Shown here: positions 17,529 through 27,651 of the stretch, one piece after another
Layout of the letters: each line of letters starts with the position of its first letter
Position numbering within the stretch: the stretch's first letter is position 1
Assembly (NCBI GenBank): GCA_045586685.1
Contig: JAZNAU010000038.1
Coordinates: 15,904 to 79,903 of the forward strand
Length of the DNA stretch: 64,000 nucleotides
Reading direction: 5' to 3'
From: Clostridia bacterium
GTDB taxonomy: Bacteria; Bacillota; Clostridia; HGM11514
Program-made: the position numbers and the translations under genes
Notes under the pieces: generated by a model
Database searches by the model: none
What the model saw: the letters and a program-made list of their open reading frames with translations, nothing else
What the model was told of the DNA's origin: nothing

Positions 17529-18575
17529 TTATTTTAAATTCAATTTTCCCATCTGGTCTTTTACAAGTTTGAACTGAGTTCTTGCGCGATCCAAATTTTG
17601 TTCGGGATAGTTTGTTTTAAAATAGATATCCCCATTCAAATAATCAGCCAGAAATCTGATTCCGCATTCATAAGTCATAATGACAATCGACCATGGAAGT
17701 AATTCCTGTTCCTTTGGTGTCACAGTGTCCCCTGCTTCTTCTAAAAAGCCTTTTGTAAATGCCTCGTAAATAGGCATTACAAAATAAATTTTATCCAAAT
17801 CCTTTTCATCTTCCGGTCCGCTACTGGCTCCGAATCGGAGAGCATCACCGTAATCATATAACAAAGAGCCGGGCATAACTGTATCCAAATCGATGACACA
17901 AATCCCCTCACCCGTATCGTCATCTAACATAATATTATTAAACTTCGTATCATTATGAGTTACTCTTAACGGCACCTCTCCAGACTTTATTGCATCGGTA
18001 ATCAAAGAGGCATATTTGCTGATTTCCATTGCAAACTCCAGCTCCGATTGAACAATATCCAATCTGCCTGCGCGGTTATCCAAAACCGCCTGACGTAATT
18101 GTGCTACTCGTTTGGGAGTATCATGAAACTGCACAATTGTTTCATGCAACTGTTCTACAGGAAAATCAGCAAGACGTTTCTGAAATTTCCCAATTACTTT
18201 TGCCGCCTGATACATCTGCTGGGAAGATTGCGGAAGATTATATGTAGTTGCTCTATCTACAAAATTGTAAACACGGTAACAATCATTTCCATCCTGCAAA
18301 TAATTGTCACCCTCTGTAGTTTTAACGACAGAAAGGGTTTCACGACAAGGATCTCCCCCTTCGGCTAAAATCTTCTTTTTCAAGTGCTCTGTAACTGCCA
18401 GTATGTTTTCCATGACCTGATCAGGTCTTTTAAACACAGTTGTATTGATTCTTTGCAAAATATAATTTCGATTACTTTTTGCAAGATAAGTATCATTGAT
18501 ATGTCCATCTCCGTAAGACTCTATCTCCACATCAATATCAAACTTTTTTAAAATTTCTTTCAAACTATAAGCCAA
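17529..18575 (-). CDS. Anomeric sugar kinase of the APH/NahK (N-acetylhexosamine 1-kinase-like) phosphotransferase family
   Basis: YGDGHINDTYL near the N-terminus, catalytic HNDTKFNNIM and IDLDT. The start is uncertain: TTG at 18575 (GAAGG RBS) or TTG at 18563. The track ORF start at 18650 overlaps the upstream gene by 86 nt. Confidence 0.7.
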   Translation of the reverse strand: MAYSLKEILKKFDIDVEIESYGDGHINDTYLAKSNRNYILQRINTTVFKRPDQVMENILAVTEHLKKKILAEGGDPCRETLSVVKTTEGDNYLQDGNDCYRVYNFVDRATTYNLPQSSQQMYQAAKVIGKFQKRLADFPVEQLHETIVQFHDTPKRVAQLRQAVLDNRAGRLDIVQSELEFAMEISKYASLITDAIKSGEVPLRVTHNDTKFNNIMLDDDTGEGICVIDLDTVMPGSLLYDYGDALRFGASSGPEDEKDLDKIYFVMPIYEAFTKGFLEEAGDTVTPKEQELLPWSIVIMTYECGIRFLADYLNGDIYFKTNYPEQNLDRARTQFKLVKDQMGKLNLK

Positions 18576-19401
18576 TATACTGGCCTTCTTCCCACAATTC
18601 CTTGAGTGCCTCCTGTACACCGGGAGTATCCTCCCGATAGGTAACACCATGCCAGCGGTCAGTTGTTACAAACACCTGAACTTCTTCCCCTTTGGAGATT
18701 TCGTTGTCAATAACAAAGGGCAGATACAACTCCTGTTTCAAGGGATTGGTCAGATTTTGGGTAAATGCATAGAATTCCCGCTCCAGCACATCAAAAAACT
18801 CAGGCTTTAACCCCCAAAAGTTCATAGATACAATCGTATCTTCCGAAAGACCGCTGTTTTTATCCAAATCAGTATGCTCTGTTACATTAAGCAGACGACC
18901 ATTTTCGGTTTTACAAACTCCGCGGCATACCGTTCCGTTTTCAGTCAAGGTGTTTCCCAACAAATAACCCGCCATACAACTTCCACCGCCGTTTTTCAAA
19001 TGGTTGGCAACTAATTCATAGGCTTTTTTTCCATAAAAATCATCCGCATTGATGGCAGCAAAGGGGGTTTTTACTTTCTCTTTTGCACAAAGCACTGCGT
19101 GTGCCGTTCCCCAAGGCTTGGTTCTTCCTTCCGGAAATGCACCTTTCAGATAAGAATCAGGCTTTTGAAATGCATAATCCACATCCATAAATCGACGTGC
19201 TCTTTTGCCGACAGTATTGTCAAAATCCTCAAGCATTTCTTCTTTAATGACAAAAACCACTTTGTTGAATCCTGCTTTTGCTGCATCATAAACAGAAAAA
19301 TCCAAAATAGCTTGACCGTCCGGTCCCATCGGTGCCATCTGCTTGAGGCCACCAAAACGACTGCCCATTCCGGCTGCCATTACAAGTAATATCAAGTCCA
19401 T
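18565..19401 (-). CDS. Sugar-1-phosphate nucleotidyltransferase (NTP-transferase fold)
   Basis: N-terminal LLVMAAGMGSRFGGLKQ (GxGxR...K signature). The start MDLILL at 19401 has a GAGGAGGA RBS. Confidence 0.7.
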   Translation of the reverse strand: MDLILLVMAAGMGSRFGGLKQMAPMGPDGQAILDFSVYDAAKAGFNKVVFVIKEEMLEDFDNTVGKRARRFMDVDYAFQKPDSYLKGAFPEGRTKPWGTAHAVLCAKEKVKTPFAAINADDFYGKKAYELVANHLKNGGGSCMAGYLLGNTLTENGTVCRGVCKTENGRLLNVTEHTDLDKNSGLSEDTIVSMNFWGLKPEFFDVLEREFYAFTQNLTNPLKQELYLPFVIDNEISKGEEVQVFVTTDRWHGVTYREDTPGVQEALKELWEEGQYIGL

Positions 19402-19446
19402 ACAAATCCTCCTCATTAAGGTAGTACCAATATATAAAAACACACC

Positions 19447-19475
19447 AAAAGAACGCTCTTTAAAGCGTTCTTTTG
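19447..19475 (-). terminator. Terminator after the coaD-cluster coiled-coil gene
   Basis: AAGAACGCT / AGCGTTCTT stem with flanking A-run and T-run. Confidence 0.7.
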
Positions 19476-19500
19476 TTATTCATAAAAAATTATGATCCAA

Positions 19501-20013
19501 TTAGTTTTGAGGAATGGAAAGTTCTCTGCGGTTATCTTCAATCAAATCGAGCGCATCGTTAATGTTGCTCAAAGAAGCCTTTGCATCACTCAATGATTTA
19601 TTTAACACTTCCTGACTGTCAATAATCACTTCTTCAACCTTCGCAAGCAAACCGTCGGAATATTGAATAATACTTTCGCGAATTTCACGGGCATTTTCCT
19701 GAGCCTGATCCACAATTTCTTCAGCTTTTTGCTGAGCCTGAACAACAACAGTCTCTTCCATTACCATTTCTTCAGCCTTTGCTTTTGCATCGGCGATAAT
19801 TCGATCTGCCTCATTTTGAGCCTCATGCAAAATATGTTGACGTTCTTCCTTGACCCATCTTGCCTGTTTTAAATCTTCAGGCAGGTTCAAGCGGATTTCT
19901 TCAATCAAATCCAACAATTCTTCCTTGTCCATTAAACTTTTTCCGGACAGCGGAATTGATGCACCCTTTTCCACAGTTTCTTCCAATACATCAATCAATT
20001 CTAATAAATCCAT
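19501..20013 (-). CDS. Acidic coiled-coil protein of unknown function (ATP-synthase b/E-like heptad region)
   Basis: 170 aa, rich in E/A/K/Q (AQNEADRIIADAKAKAEEMV...QQKAEEIVDQAQENAREI). Its RBS lies inside the 3' end of coaD. Confidence 0.5.
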   Translation of the reverse strand: MDLLELIDVLEETVEKGASIPLSGKSLMDKEELLDLIEEIRLNLPEDLKQARWVKEERQHILHEAQNEADRIIADAKAKAEEMVMEETVVVQAQQKAEEIVDQAQENAREIRESIIQYSDGLLAKVEEVIIDSQEVLNKSLSDAKASLSNINDALDLIEDNRRELSIPQN

Positions 20014-20018
20014 TTCTT

Positions 20019-20510
20019 TTATTCCCCTTTCGGTTTCATTAGCTTTTTGTAAATTAACGGTATAATTTTTTCGGGCACCATACCTTCCAGCTTACCGCCA
20101 TGATAAGCCAGTTCCCGCACAATGCTTGAACTTAAAAATGAATAATCAGTGCTTGTCATCATAAATAATGTCTCAATTTCAGGATTTTGCTTACGATTGG
20201 CCATTGCCATCTGAAGTTCATATTCAAAATCAGATACCGCACGCAAACCCTTAATAATTGTCTGAGCCTTTTTTAATGTTGTGTAATCAACCAAAAGTCC
20301 GTCAAAGGTATCGATTTCAACGTTTTTCAAATGCTCTGTCGAAACCTTAAGCATATCCAGCTTTTCGTTAACGGAAAAAGCGGGATGCTTGGTACTGTTA
20401 TGCAGAACTGCAACAATCACACGGTCAAAGATTTTTGCAGAACGTTCAATAATATCAAGATGACCGTTTGTAACCGGATCAAAGCTTCCGGGATATACAG
20501 CAATTTTCAT
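20019..20510 (-). CDS. coaD: Phosphopantetheine adenylyltransferase
   Basis: [23 protein letters not shown] motif. The start abuts the rsmD stop. Confidence 0.93.
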   Translation of the reverse strand: MKIAVYPGSFDPVTNGHLDIIERSAKIFDRVIVAVLHNSTKHPAFSVNEKLDMLKVSTEHLKNVEIDTFDGLLVDYTTLKKAQTIIKGLRAVSDFEYELQMAMANRKQNPEIETLFMMTSTDYSFLSSSIVRELAYHGGKLEGMVPEKIIPLIYKKLMKPKGE

Positions 20511-20511
20511 C

Positions 20512-21051
20512 TTACTCTCTCCTCTGATAAATAAGCACACCTATGCTGCCATAGTAATTTTGCCGATACAGAGAAAATGCTTCGTTATGAACAGGTTCTG
20601 TTTTTTTGTCACATTCATAAATCAAGAATCCGCCTGGCTCAATGCTTTCAGCACAAAGCTGAAGCAAACGAGGCAATATTTTCATTGCATAAGGAGGATC
20701 AGCAAAAATCAACGTATACTGTTTTCTGTTTTGCTTACAAAATCCTTCCCAATCAATCTTTTTTAATAAAGCTCGTTCTTTCAGATGCGTATGTTCCAAA
20801 TTTTCTTCTGCTACTTTCAATGACCGTGGAGACCCATCAACAAATGTTGCATGAATTGCCCCTCTTGACAAGGCTTCTATTCCCAATGCACCGGAACCGC
20901 AGAACAAATCAAGCACTGTAGCGCCTGATATTGAAAACTGAATCATATTAAACATGGCTCCCTTTACTTTATCAGTAGTGGGACGAACCAAGTCCGTTCC
21001 AAAAACAGTTTTCAATTTTGTTCCCCGTGCTGTGCCGGAAATGACTCTCAC
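20512..21051 (-). CDS. rsmD: 16S rRNA (guanine966-N2)-methyltransferase
   Basis: [27 protein letters not shown] and FADPPY motifs. Confidence 0.9.
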   Translation of the reverse strand: MRVISGTARGTKLKTVFGTDLVRPTTDKVKGAMFNMIQFSISGATVLDLFCGSGALGIEALSRGAIHATFVDGSPRSLKVAEENLEHTHLKERALLKKIDWEGFCKQNRKQYTLIFADPPYAMKILPRLLQLCAESIEPGGFLIYECDKKTEPVHNEAFSLYRQNYYGSIGVLIYQRRE

Positions 21052-21190
21052 ACAAAATCCCCCGCAATTTTACTCTATATTACTATTTTACAATATATCA
21101 GAATTTTGTCAATAGTATTTTGAAAATTTATTAGAAAAAATTATTTCTTTTTTATTGCATTTTTTGAACAAAAATTACATATTGATTGCT

Positions 21191-21781
21191 TTAGTGAGTC
21201 AAGTCTGTCGGTAAAAAAGTATTTTCACATCGAAACAATCCCTTTTCCGTCACTAATGCATTCATTTTTATATCATGGGATTCGGAAGGAATATGTTCGT
21301 AAACCTGAAATTCAAAACAAAACCCTATCAAATCTGCCGAAGAATCCTTCAAAAGTCTGTCATAACAGCCTTTTCCGAAGCCCACTCTGTTGCCTGCTTT
21401 ATCAAACGCAATTCCGGGAACAAGAATCACATCTGTTTTTGACATATCTGCCATCTGTGTTCCCAACGGCTCTGACACGGAAAATGCTCCTTTTAAAAAC
21501 TTTGTATCGGGCAAAGCATAAAACGGAGTAATTTCGCCGCTTTTTTCATCTGTTACAGGAAAAACCACCGTCTTTCCGTCACGAAATGCAGCCTTAACAA
21601 TAACAGATGTATCTGTTTCGTTTCCTAAAGGCATATAAAGCATAAGCTGTTTACTGTTTTTATAGTAATTACTTGCCAAAAAAAAGTTTGCCGCAACAGT
21701 GCTTTTTTGTATCACATCTTCTTTTTTCATGGCAGAACGCATTTTTTTTGTTTGTTTTCGAATTTCACTTTTCATCTTCAT
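21191..21781 (-). CDS. 5-formyltetrahydrofolate cyclo-ligase
   Basis: VLVPGIAFDKAGNRVGFGKGCYDRLL motif. The start is ambiguous (GTG 21784, ATG 21781 or ATG 21775) and directly abuts the upstream stop. Confidence 0.82.
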   Translation of the reverse strand: MKMKSEIRKQTKKMRSAMKKEDVIQKSTVAANFFLASNYYKNSKQLMLYMPLGNETDTSVIVKAAFRDGKTVVFPVTDEKSGEITPFYALPDTKFLKGAFSVSEPLGTQMADMSKTDVILVPGIAFDKAGNRVGFGKGCYDRLLKDSSADLIGFCFEFQVYEHIPSESHDIKMNALVTEKGLFRCENTFLPTDLTH

Positions 21782-21784
21782 CAC

Positions 21785-22954
21785 TTAAATATACAATGTA
21801 TCAATTTGCATCACTACTCTGTAACGCTCATCCGTTTGTTGAATCAACCGTGAAACTTCCGCTATCGTTTCCTTTTTCTTCTGTTCGTCAAAGGTATAGG
21901 GAACCACCAAATCAAAAATCAGATTTACACGGTTTTCGCCATCTGTAATTCTAAAATCGTGAATAGAAAACCGGGGATCGATTCCCTTACAAATTCCTTC
22001 TGTCATTTCCCGAAGCTGATTGGTTCTCACACAATTAACTAAAATCGGGTCCATGTGAATGACCAGTATAATTCCTAATTCACTGTTTGCTAACTGTTCC
22101 AATGAGTCAATTTCCTCATGCACCACAATCATATCCGCATCGCTGGGGACCTCCGCATGGACGGATGCCATAACCCGACCGGGTCCGTAATTATGCACAA
22201 TCAAATCATGCATTCCCACAATGTATTTCCCTGACATCACAATTTCACTCAAACGTTCTACCGTTTCCTTTTCAGGTGCGGTTCCCAACAACAAACTAAT
22301 GGTATCACGGGCAACTTCATACCCCGACCGGAGAATCAAAGCCGACACTGCTACGCCCACATATCCGTCAATGGAAAAGGGTAAAAAATAACCAATTATT
22401 GTAGAAACAATAACCGCTCCGGTGGAAATTACATCATTCAAGCTATCCCGTGCTGTTGCAAGAAGCAAGCTTGACTGAATCTTTTTTCCAAGGTAACGAT
22501 TATAGGAATACATCCACACCTTTACCAACATGGATGCCGCTAAAATAACAATGGCCACAGGATAAAAGGAAACCGCTTCCGGATGAATGATTTTTCCAAC
22601 CGAGCTTTTCAACAGTTCCACCCCTACCATCAAAATCAAAAAGGAAACAATCAGCGAGGCGATATACTCCACTCTGCCGTGTCCAAAAGGGTGCTCGGGG
22701 TCAGGCCGTTTGTTGCTCATTTTAGCACCAATCACAGAAACCACCGAGGAACCAACGTCAGATAAATTATTAAACCCGTCTGACAAAATGGAGATACTGT
22801 TCATCAAAAGTCCCGTTGTCAGTTTTAAGAGAAACAAAAAGAAATTGCACAGAATCCCTACCGTACCGCTTAACACACTGTACCGTTCCCGTACTTTTTC
22901 GTCTGATACATTTTCATAATCAAATACAAATTTCTTCAGCAAAAAACGAATCAA
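21785..22954 (-). CDS. Cation diffusion facilitator (CDF) family metal efflux transporter
   Basis: Six-TM N-terminal domain plus a cytoplasmic C-terminal domain, with HPFGHGRVEY. TTG start with a GGAGG RBS at 7 nt. Confidence 0.85.
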   Translation of the reverse strand: MIRFLLKKFVFDYENVSDEKVRERYSVLSGTVGILCNFFLFLLKLTTGLLMNSISILSDGFNNLSDVGSSVVSVIGAKMSNKRPDPEHPFGHGRVEYIASLIVSFLILMVGVELLKSSVGKIIHPEAVSFYPVAIVILAASMLVKVWMYSYNRYLGKKIQSSLLLATARDSLNDVISTGAVIVSTIIGYFLPFSIDGYVGVAVSALILRSGYEVARDTISLLLGTAPEKETVERLSEIVMSGKYIVGMHDLIVHNYGPGRVMASVHAEVPSDADMIVVHEEIDSLEQLANSELGIILVIHMDPILVNCVRTNQLREMTEGICKGIDPRFSIHDFRITDGENRVNLIFDLVVPYTFDEQKKKETIAEVSRLIQQTDERYRVVMQIDTLYI

Positions 22955-23004
22955 AAAAATGCCTCCATTTCGATCAGGACATAATTACTTTTTATAAAAA
23001 CTTA

Positions 23005-23041
23005 TACAAAACAGGCAGTCTCAACAAGGTAAGACTGCCTG
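23005..23041 (-). terminator. Terminator of ireB
   Basis: CAGGCAGTCT / AGACTGCCTG stem followed by a T-run on the minus strand. Confidence 0.8.
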
Positions 23042-23048
23042 ATATTTA

Positions 23049-23294
23049 TTATCTTCCCAGATAACTTTTGAGAAGCTCTTCCAACAGTTCATCCCGCTCC
23101 AGACGGCGAATCATACCGCGGGCATTGTTGTGACTGGTAATATAGGTAGGATCACCTGAAAGAATGTATCCAACCATTTGATCAATGGGATTATATCCCT
23201 TTTCCGTCAATGCCTGATATACTGCATGAATAATCTGGCTGGTCTCCCCTGCTCTGTCGTTCTCAAATTTGAATTTCATTGTTCCATCTGTCAT
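23049..23294 (-). CDS. ireB: IreB-family regulatory phosphoprotein (UPF0297)
   Basis: [35 protein letters not shown] signature. The ATG at 23294 follows a GAGGG RBS. Confidence 0.85.
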   Translation of the reverse strand: MTDGTMKFKFENDRAGETSQIIHAVYQALTEKGYNPIDQMVGYILSGDPTYITSHNNARGMIRRLERDELLEELLKSYLGR

Positions 23295-23371
23295 GATCAC
23301 TCACCCTCACTTTCAAAAAAATCCGCTTATATATAGCATATAACAAATTCGGAAAAAATGCAAGTGTTTTT

Positions 23372-25738
23372 TTAATTTTTTCTTAATTCAACATGCAGTT
23401 TTTCTTCCAGACGGGTTAAAATTTTATCCATTACCCCGTTTACTTCCTGCTCTTCCAAGGTTTTGTTGGCATCACGGAATACAACAGAGTATGCAACACT
23501 CTTCTTTCCTTGGGGAATCTGCTTTCCTTTGTAGATATCAAACAGCTTGATTTCTTCAATCAATGCCTTACCGCACTGACGAATGATTTCTTCAATACTG
23601 CCCACTTCAACCTCATCATCACAAAGCATTGCCAAATCTCTGGTTACTGCAGGGAATTTAGGCAGTGCATGGTAAGTTTTTTCAGGTTTCATGTGTTCTA
23701 ACAGCAAGGTAAAGTCGATACTTGCCATCAGCACCTCCCTGTCTAACTCATAGTTGTTGCAAACCGCAGGGTGCACTGCTCCAAACACACCCGCACTGAC
23801 ACCCCCTACAATCAATTCTGCTGTTTTTCCGGGGTGGAAGGTAGGATCGTCCTTCTTCGCTTGCACCTTATATTTGGCAATATTCAGGGTTTCCATCAAC
23901 TGTTCTACTACACCCTTCAAATCATAAAAATCTACATTGCCATACATTCCAATCGTCACAAACTCCCGTTCCTCCGGAAGCTCTGTTACAGGCAAAGCTT
24001 TGGGATAATAAACCGCCCCCAGTTCAAACAACCCTACATTTTGATTCCGATGGCTGTTATTTAAGGACAGTGCTTTTAACATTTCATTATAGTGTTGAGT
24101 TCTCATGACGCTCTGTTCTTCCCCTAAGGGATTCAAAATAGTCACACATTCCCGTAGGTTTGAACTGCTGGGGATATTCAGCTTGTCAAAAGATTTGGGG
24201 TCAGTAAAGGAATAGGTATAAATTTCATACAAACCTCTCGCGGTTAACGCTTTTTTCACCGCATCCTCGGTTGCTTGTTTCAAGGTTTTTCCACCCGCAA
24301 CCGATTCTCCCTTCATGAGGGTAGAGACAATTTTATCATAACCGTAGAATCTGGCAATTTCCTCTGCCAAATCTGCTTCCGTTTCCAAATCTTTGCGAAA
24401 AGTGGGAGGATACACTTGACCTTCCTTCACCTCACACTCCAACCGTTCTAAAATACGAATCATTTCACTTTCTGCAATGTCCGTCCCTAAAAAGGCGTTA
24501 ATTTTTTCAGGACGAAGTGTAATTTCTGTTCTCTCAGGCAATGTACCGCAAACATCAATCACACCGCCTACCACTTCCCCGGCGCCCAGCTCACATATCA
24601 GCTGGCAGGCACGATTCACCGCATCTAACGTAACGTTGGCATCCAGTTCCTTTTCAAAGCGGGCAGAACTTTCCGTTCTCATTCCCAAAGCCTTGGCAGT
24701 AGAACGAATGGATGCACCGCTAAAGTTGGCACTTTCAAACACGATTGTTTTCGTTGTTTCTTGAATTTCACTATTCTGCCCGCCCATGACACCCGCAACC
24801 GCTACAGGTCTTTGAGCATCACAAATCACCAGCATATCAGGTGTCAGACTCCGTGTTACATCATCTAATGTAACAATAGTTTCTCCATTTCTCGCATTAC
24901 GGACACAAATGCTGTTACCTTTCAGAAAATCAATATCAAATGCGTGCATAGGCTGACCATATTCCAACATAACATAATTGGTAATATCCACAATATTGTT
25001 AATGGCACGCACTCCGCATCCTTCCAGCCGTTTCTGCATCCACATAGGAGAGGGCTCAATCTTAATATTCTTCACCACACGGGCAGTATAACGCGGGCAA
25101 AGTTCAGGTGCTTCCACGCTTACAGAAATAAAATCTTCAATTTTTTCACTGTTTTCTTCTACAGTCACTTTCGGAACAGAAAACTCCTCATTTAAGGTAA
25201 TGGCAGATTCCCGTGCCAAACCAATGATACTCAGGCAATCAGGACGGTTGGAGGTAATATCAAAATCGACAATCACCTCATCTAACCCTAAGGTCTTTTT
25301 AATATCTTCGCCAAGGGGGGGCTCACCATCTAAAATCAGAATTCCCGTTGCAACACCTTCTGTCATGCCAAGCTCATCTGTAGAGCACAACATCCCTTCG
25401 GACACAACCCCTCGCAACTTACCTTTTTTAATGACTGTTCCGTCAGGCAAATGAGAACCATGCAGAGCAACAGGCACAAAAGCACCTTCAAACACATTTT
25501 TGGCTCCCGTTACAATCTGAATGGTTTCTCCTACATTCACTTGACAAACCACCAATTTATCCGCATCAGGATGTTTCTCAATTTTCTCAATTTTTCCTAC
25601 AACAACCTTTTCAATTCCTTCCCCTACCATTTCAAAGGCATCTACCTTGGAACCTGACAAGGTCATGGCATCACAATATTCTTTGGGTGTTACCCCTACT
25701 TTTGTATAATCATTCAACCAACTCATTGGCATTTTCAT
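23372..25738 (-). CDS. pheT: Phenylalanine--tRNA ligase beta subunit
   Basis: 788 aa with an N-terminal tRNA-binding domain (KHPDADKLVVCQV) and B3/4, B5 and FDX-ACB regions. RBS is AAGGAGGGG. Confidence 0.95.
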   Translation of the reverse strand: MKMPMSWLNDYTKVGVTPKEYCDAMTLSGSKVDAFEMVGEGIEKVVVGKIEKIEKHPDADKLVVCQVNVGETIQIVTGAKNVFEGAFVPVALHGSHLPDGTVIKKGKLRGVVSEGMLCSTDELGMTEGVATGILILDGEPPLGEDIKKTLGLDEVIVDFDITSNRPDCLSIIGLARESAITLNEEFSVPKVTVEENSEKIEDFISVSVEAPELCPRYTARVVKNIKIEPSPMWMQKRLEGCGVRAINNIVDITNYVMLEYGQPMHAFDIDFLKGNSICVRNARNGETIVTLDDVTRSLTPDMLVICDAQRPVAVAGVMGGQNSEIQETTKTIVFESANFSGASIRSTAKALGMRTESSARFEKELDANVTLDAVNRACQLICELGAGEVVGGVIDVCGTLPERTEITLRPEKINAFLGTDIAESEMIRILERLECEVKEGQVYPPTFRKDLETEADLAEEIARFYGYDKIVSTLMKGESVAGGKTLKQATEDAVKKALTARGLYEIYTYSFTDPKSFDKLNIPSSSNLRECVTILNPLGEEQSVMRTQHYNEMLKALSLNNSHRNQNVGLFELGAVYYPKALPVTELPEEREFVTIGMYGNVDFYDLKGVVEQLMETLNIAKYKVQAKKDDPTFHPGKTAELIVGGVSAGVFGAVHPAVCNNYELDREVLMASIDFTLLLEHMKPEKTYHALPKFPAVTRDLAMLCDDEVEVGSIEEIIRQCGKALIEEIKLFDIYKGKQIPQGKKSVAYSVVFRDANKTLEEQEVNGVMDKILTRLEEKLHVELRKN

Positions 25739-25752
25739 GGCTATCCCCTCCT

Positions 25753-26772
25753 TTAAAACTGCTTTAAAAACCGTACATCGTTTTCGAAGAACAAACGCAA
25801 ATCGTCAATATCATATCGACGCATTACAATCCGTTCCAAACCGATACCAAAGGCAAAACCGCTGTAAACTTCCGGATCAATTCCACAGTTTTTCAGCACT
25901 TTTGGATGCACCATACCACAACCTAAAATCTCAATCCATCCTTCGCCTTTACAAACGCGGCAACCTTCTCCACCGCATACAAAACAGGAAATATCCATTT
26001 CTGCAGAAGGCTCTGTAAAGGGAAAATGATGAGGACGGAACCGCACCTTTACTTCCTCTCCGTACAGTTTCTTTACAAACACTTCCAGAGTACCTTTCAA
26101 ATCTCCCATGGTGATTCCCTTATCCACCACCAAACCTTCAATCTGGTGAAAAACAGGAGAGTGGGTTGCATCTACCGCATCAGAACGGAACACTCTTCCC
26201 GGTGCAATAATACGGATGGGTGGCTGTTGCTTTTCCATCACACGCACCTGCATGGGTGAGGTCTGGGTTCTTAACACAATGTTATCGTTGATATAAAAGG
26301 TATCCTGGGTATCGCGGGCAGGATGATTTTTAGGAAGGTTCAACGCCTCAAAGTTATAATAATCATATTCCACCTCAGGACCTTCTGCAATAGAAAAGCC
26401 CATACCGATAAAAATATCCTTCAATTCATCTAAAACAGTTGTCAAAGGATGCGTTTTTCCAACAGGCCATTTTTTCCCTGGTACGGTAACATCCAGTGTT
26501 TCATTGCTTAACTTCTTTTCCAATTCTGCTTGTTGAAGCTTATTTTTTGTCTTATCCAGTTCCTCCTCAATAAAAGAACGAACCTGATTGGCTAACTGAC
26601 CAATAAGCGGACGCTCTTCTGCAGAAAGCTGCCCCATACCTCTCAAAACAGAAGTAAGCTCACCTTTTTTTCCAAGATATTTCACCCTGATTTCTTCCAG
26701 ACCGGCAATGGAATCTATGGTTTTCAAACTTTGTTCTGCCGATTGTCTGATTTGTTCTAATTGCTGTTTCAC
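25753..26772 (-). CDS. pheS: Phenylalanine--tRNA ligase alpha subunit
   Basis: GTG start ([10 protein letters not shown]) after an AAAGGGG RBS gives 339 aa. Class II motifs are [19 protein letters not shown] and [11 protein letters not shown]. The longer track ORF runs through the T-box leader. Confidence 0.93.
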   Translation of the reverse strand: MKQQLEQIRQSAEQSLKTIDSIAGLEEIRVKYLGKKGELTSVLRGMGQLSAEERPLIGQLANQVRSFIEEELDKTKNKLQQAELEKKLSNETLDVTVPGKKWPVGKTHPLTTVLDELKDIFIGMGFSIAEGPEVEYDYYNFEALNLPKNHPARDTQDTFYINDNIVLRTQTSPMQVRVMEKQQPPIRIIAPGRVFRSDAVDATHSPVFHQIEGLVVDKGITMGDLKGTLEVFVKKLYGEEVKVRFRPHHFPFTEPSAEMDISCFVCGGEGCRVCKGEGWIEILGCGMVHPKVLKNCGIDPEVYSGFAFGIGLERIVMRRYDIDDLRLFFENDVRFLKQF

Positions 26773-26791
26773 AAAAACTACCCCTTTCGGT

Positions 26792-27040
26792 AAAAATAAA
26801 AAATCCTCCGCCCCAATTAGGGACGAAGGAAAAATTCTTCGCGGTACCACCCTGATTCCTGCAAATTCACAGGCACTCAAGTCCATGATAACGGTATGAA
26901 ACCGGCTTTTCCTACTGCAGTGTTCAGAAAAACAGCTCAACGGGCGAACTTCAACTCCGTATACTGATGAGGATGCTTCCAGCCGACGACATCCACTCTC
27001 TGACACCTTCTCACGAAATCTACTTTCCCGATCATCGCTT
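26792..27040 (-). promoter_or_regulatory. T-box riboswitch leader (Phe specifier UUC) controlling pheST
   Basis: Conserved AATCAGGGTGGTACCGCGAAG T-box (26840-26860, minus strand) and an AGAGA box. Specifier region is GAAG-TTC-G (TTC = 26946-26948 complement). Terminator is TCCTTCGTCCC...GGGGCGGAGGA followed by T6. Confidence 0.88.
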
Positions 27041-27046
27041 TTTTAT

Positions 27047-27075
27047 ATCATATCATAAATTTTACAATTTGTCAA
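27047..27075 (-). promoter_or_regulatory. Promoter of the pheST T-box leader
   Basis: TTGACA-17 nt-TATGAT on the minus strand. Confidence 0.7.
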
Positions 27076-27080
27076 CTTTT

Positions 27081-27551
27081 TTATTCAATAACAATACTCT
27101 TAATTTTCTGTTCTTCCAGAGGTCTGTCGCTGTAATCCGTCTGAACATTCGCAATTTCGTCCACCACTTCAATCCCCTCTACCACCTTACCGAAGGCTGC
27201 ATATTGTCCATCCAGGTGTGGTGCGTCCTCGTGCATAATAAAGAACTGCGAGCCTGCACTGTCAGGATGAGCAGCACGAGCCATTGAAATAACGCCTCGG
27301 GTGTGTTTTAAGGGATTGTTTACGCCATTTTGTAAAAATTCTCCCTTAATCTGATAACCGGGGCCGCCCATTCCGGTTCCGTCAGGACAACCGCCCTGAA
27401 TCATAAACCCAGATATCACACGGTGAAAAATCAATCCATTATAAAATCCTTCTTTCGCCAGCTTTTCAAAATTTTCCACTGTAATAGGAGCCGCTGTTTT
27501 ATCTAACTCCAGCTTTATTTGTTTTCCGTTTTCCATTGTAATAAGAATCAT
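27081..27551 (-). CDS. Peptidyl-prolyl cis-trans isomerase (cyclophilin type)
   Basis: [30 protein letters not shown]. The ATG at 27551 has proper spacing from the GAAAGG RBS. Confidence 0.9.
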   Translation of the reverse strand: MILITMENGKQIKLELDKTAAPITVENFEKLAKEGFYNGLIFHRVISGFMIQGGCPDGTGMGGPGYQIKGEFLQNGVNNPLKHTRGVISMARAAHPDSAGSQFFIMHEDAPHLDGQYAAFGKVVEGIEVVDEIANVQTDYSDRPLEEQKIKSIVIE

Positions 27552-27651
27552 TGTTAACATCCTTTCAAAAATATTGTAATTAGCTTGGATACATATATAT
27601 CGTGATTGTTATATCACATCTTTCCCCATTTGTCAAGCAAAAGATAACAAT

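Noticed and set aside
18576-18650. Track start of the NahK-like kinase ORF (MVLPIGRILPVYRRH...).
   Set aside because: It would overlap the upstream nucleotidyltransferase by 86 nt, and the extension is Arg-rich with no homology logic. Internal TTG starts with an RBS are more plausible.
26773-27006. N-terminal 78-aa extension of pheS in the six-frame track.
   Set aside because: This region is the T-box leader (T-box motif, specifier and terminator are all present). A GTG start at 26772 with an RBS gives a canonical 339-aa PheS.
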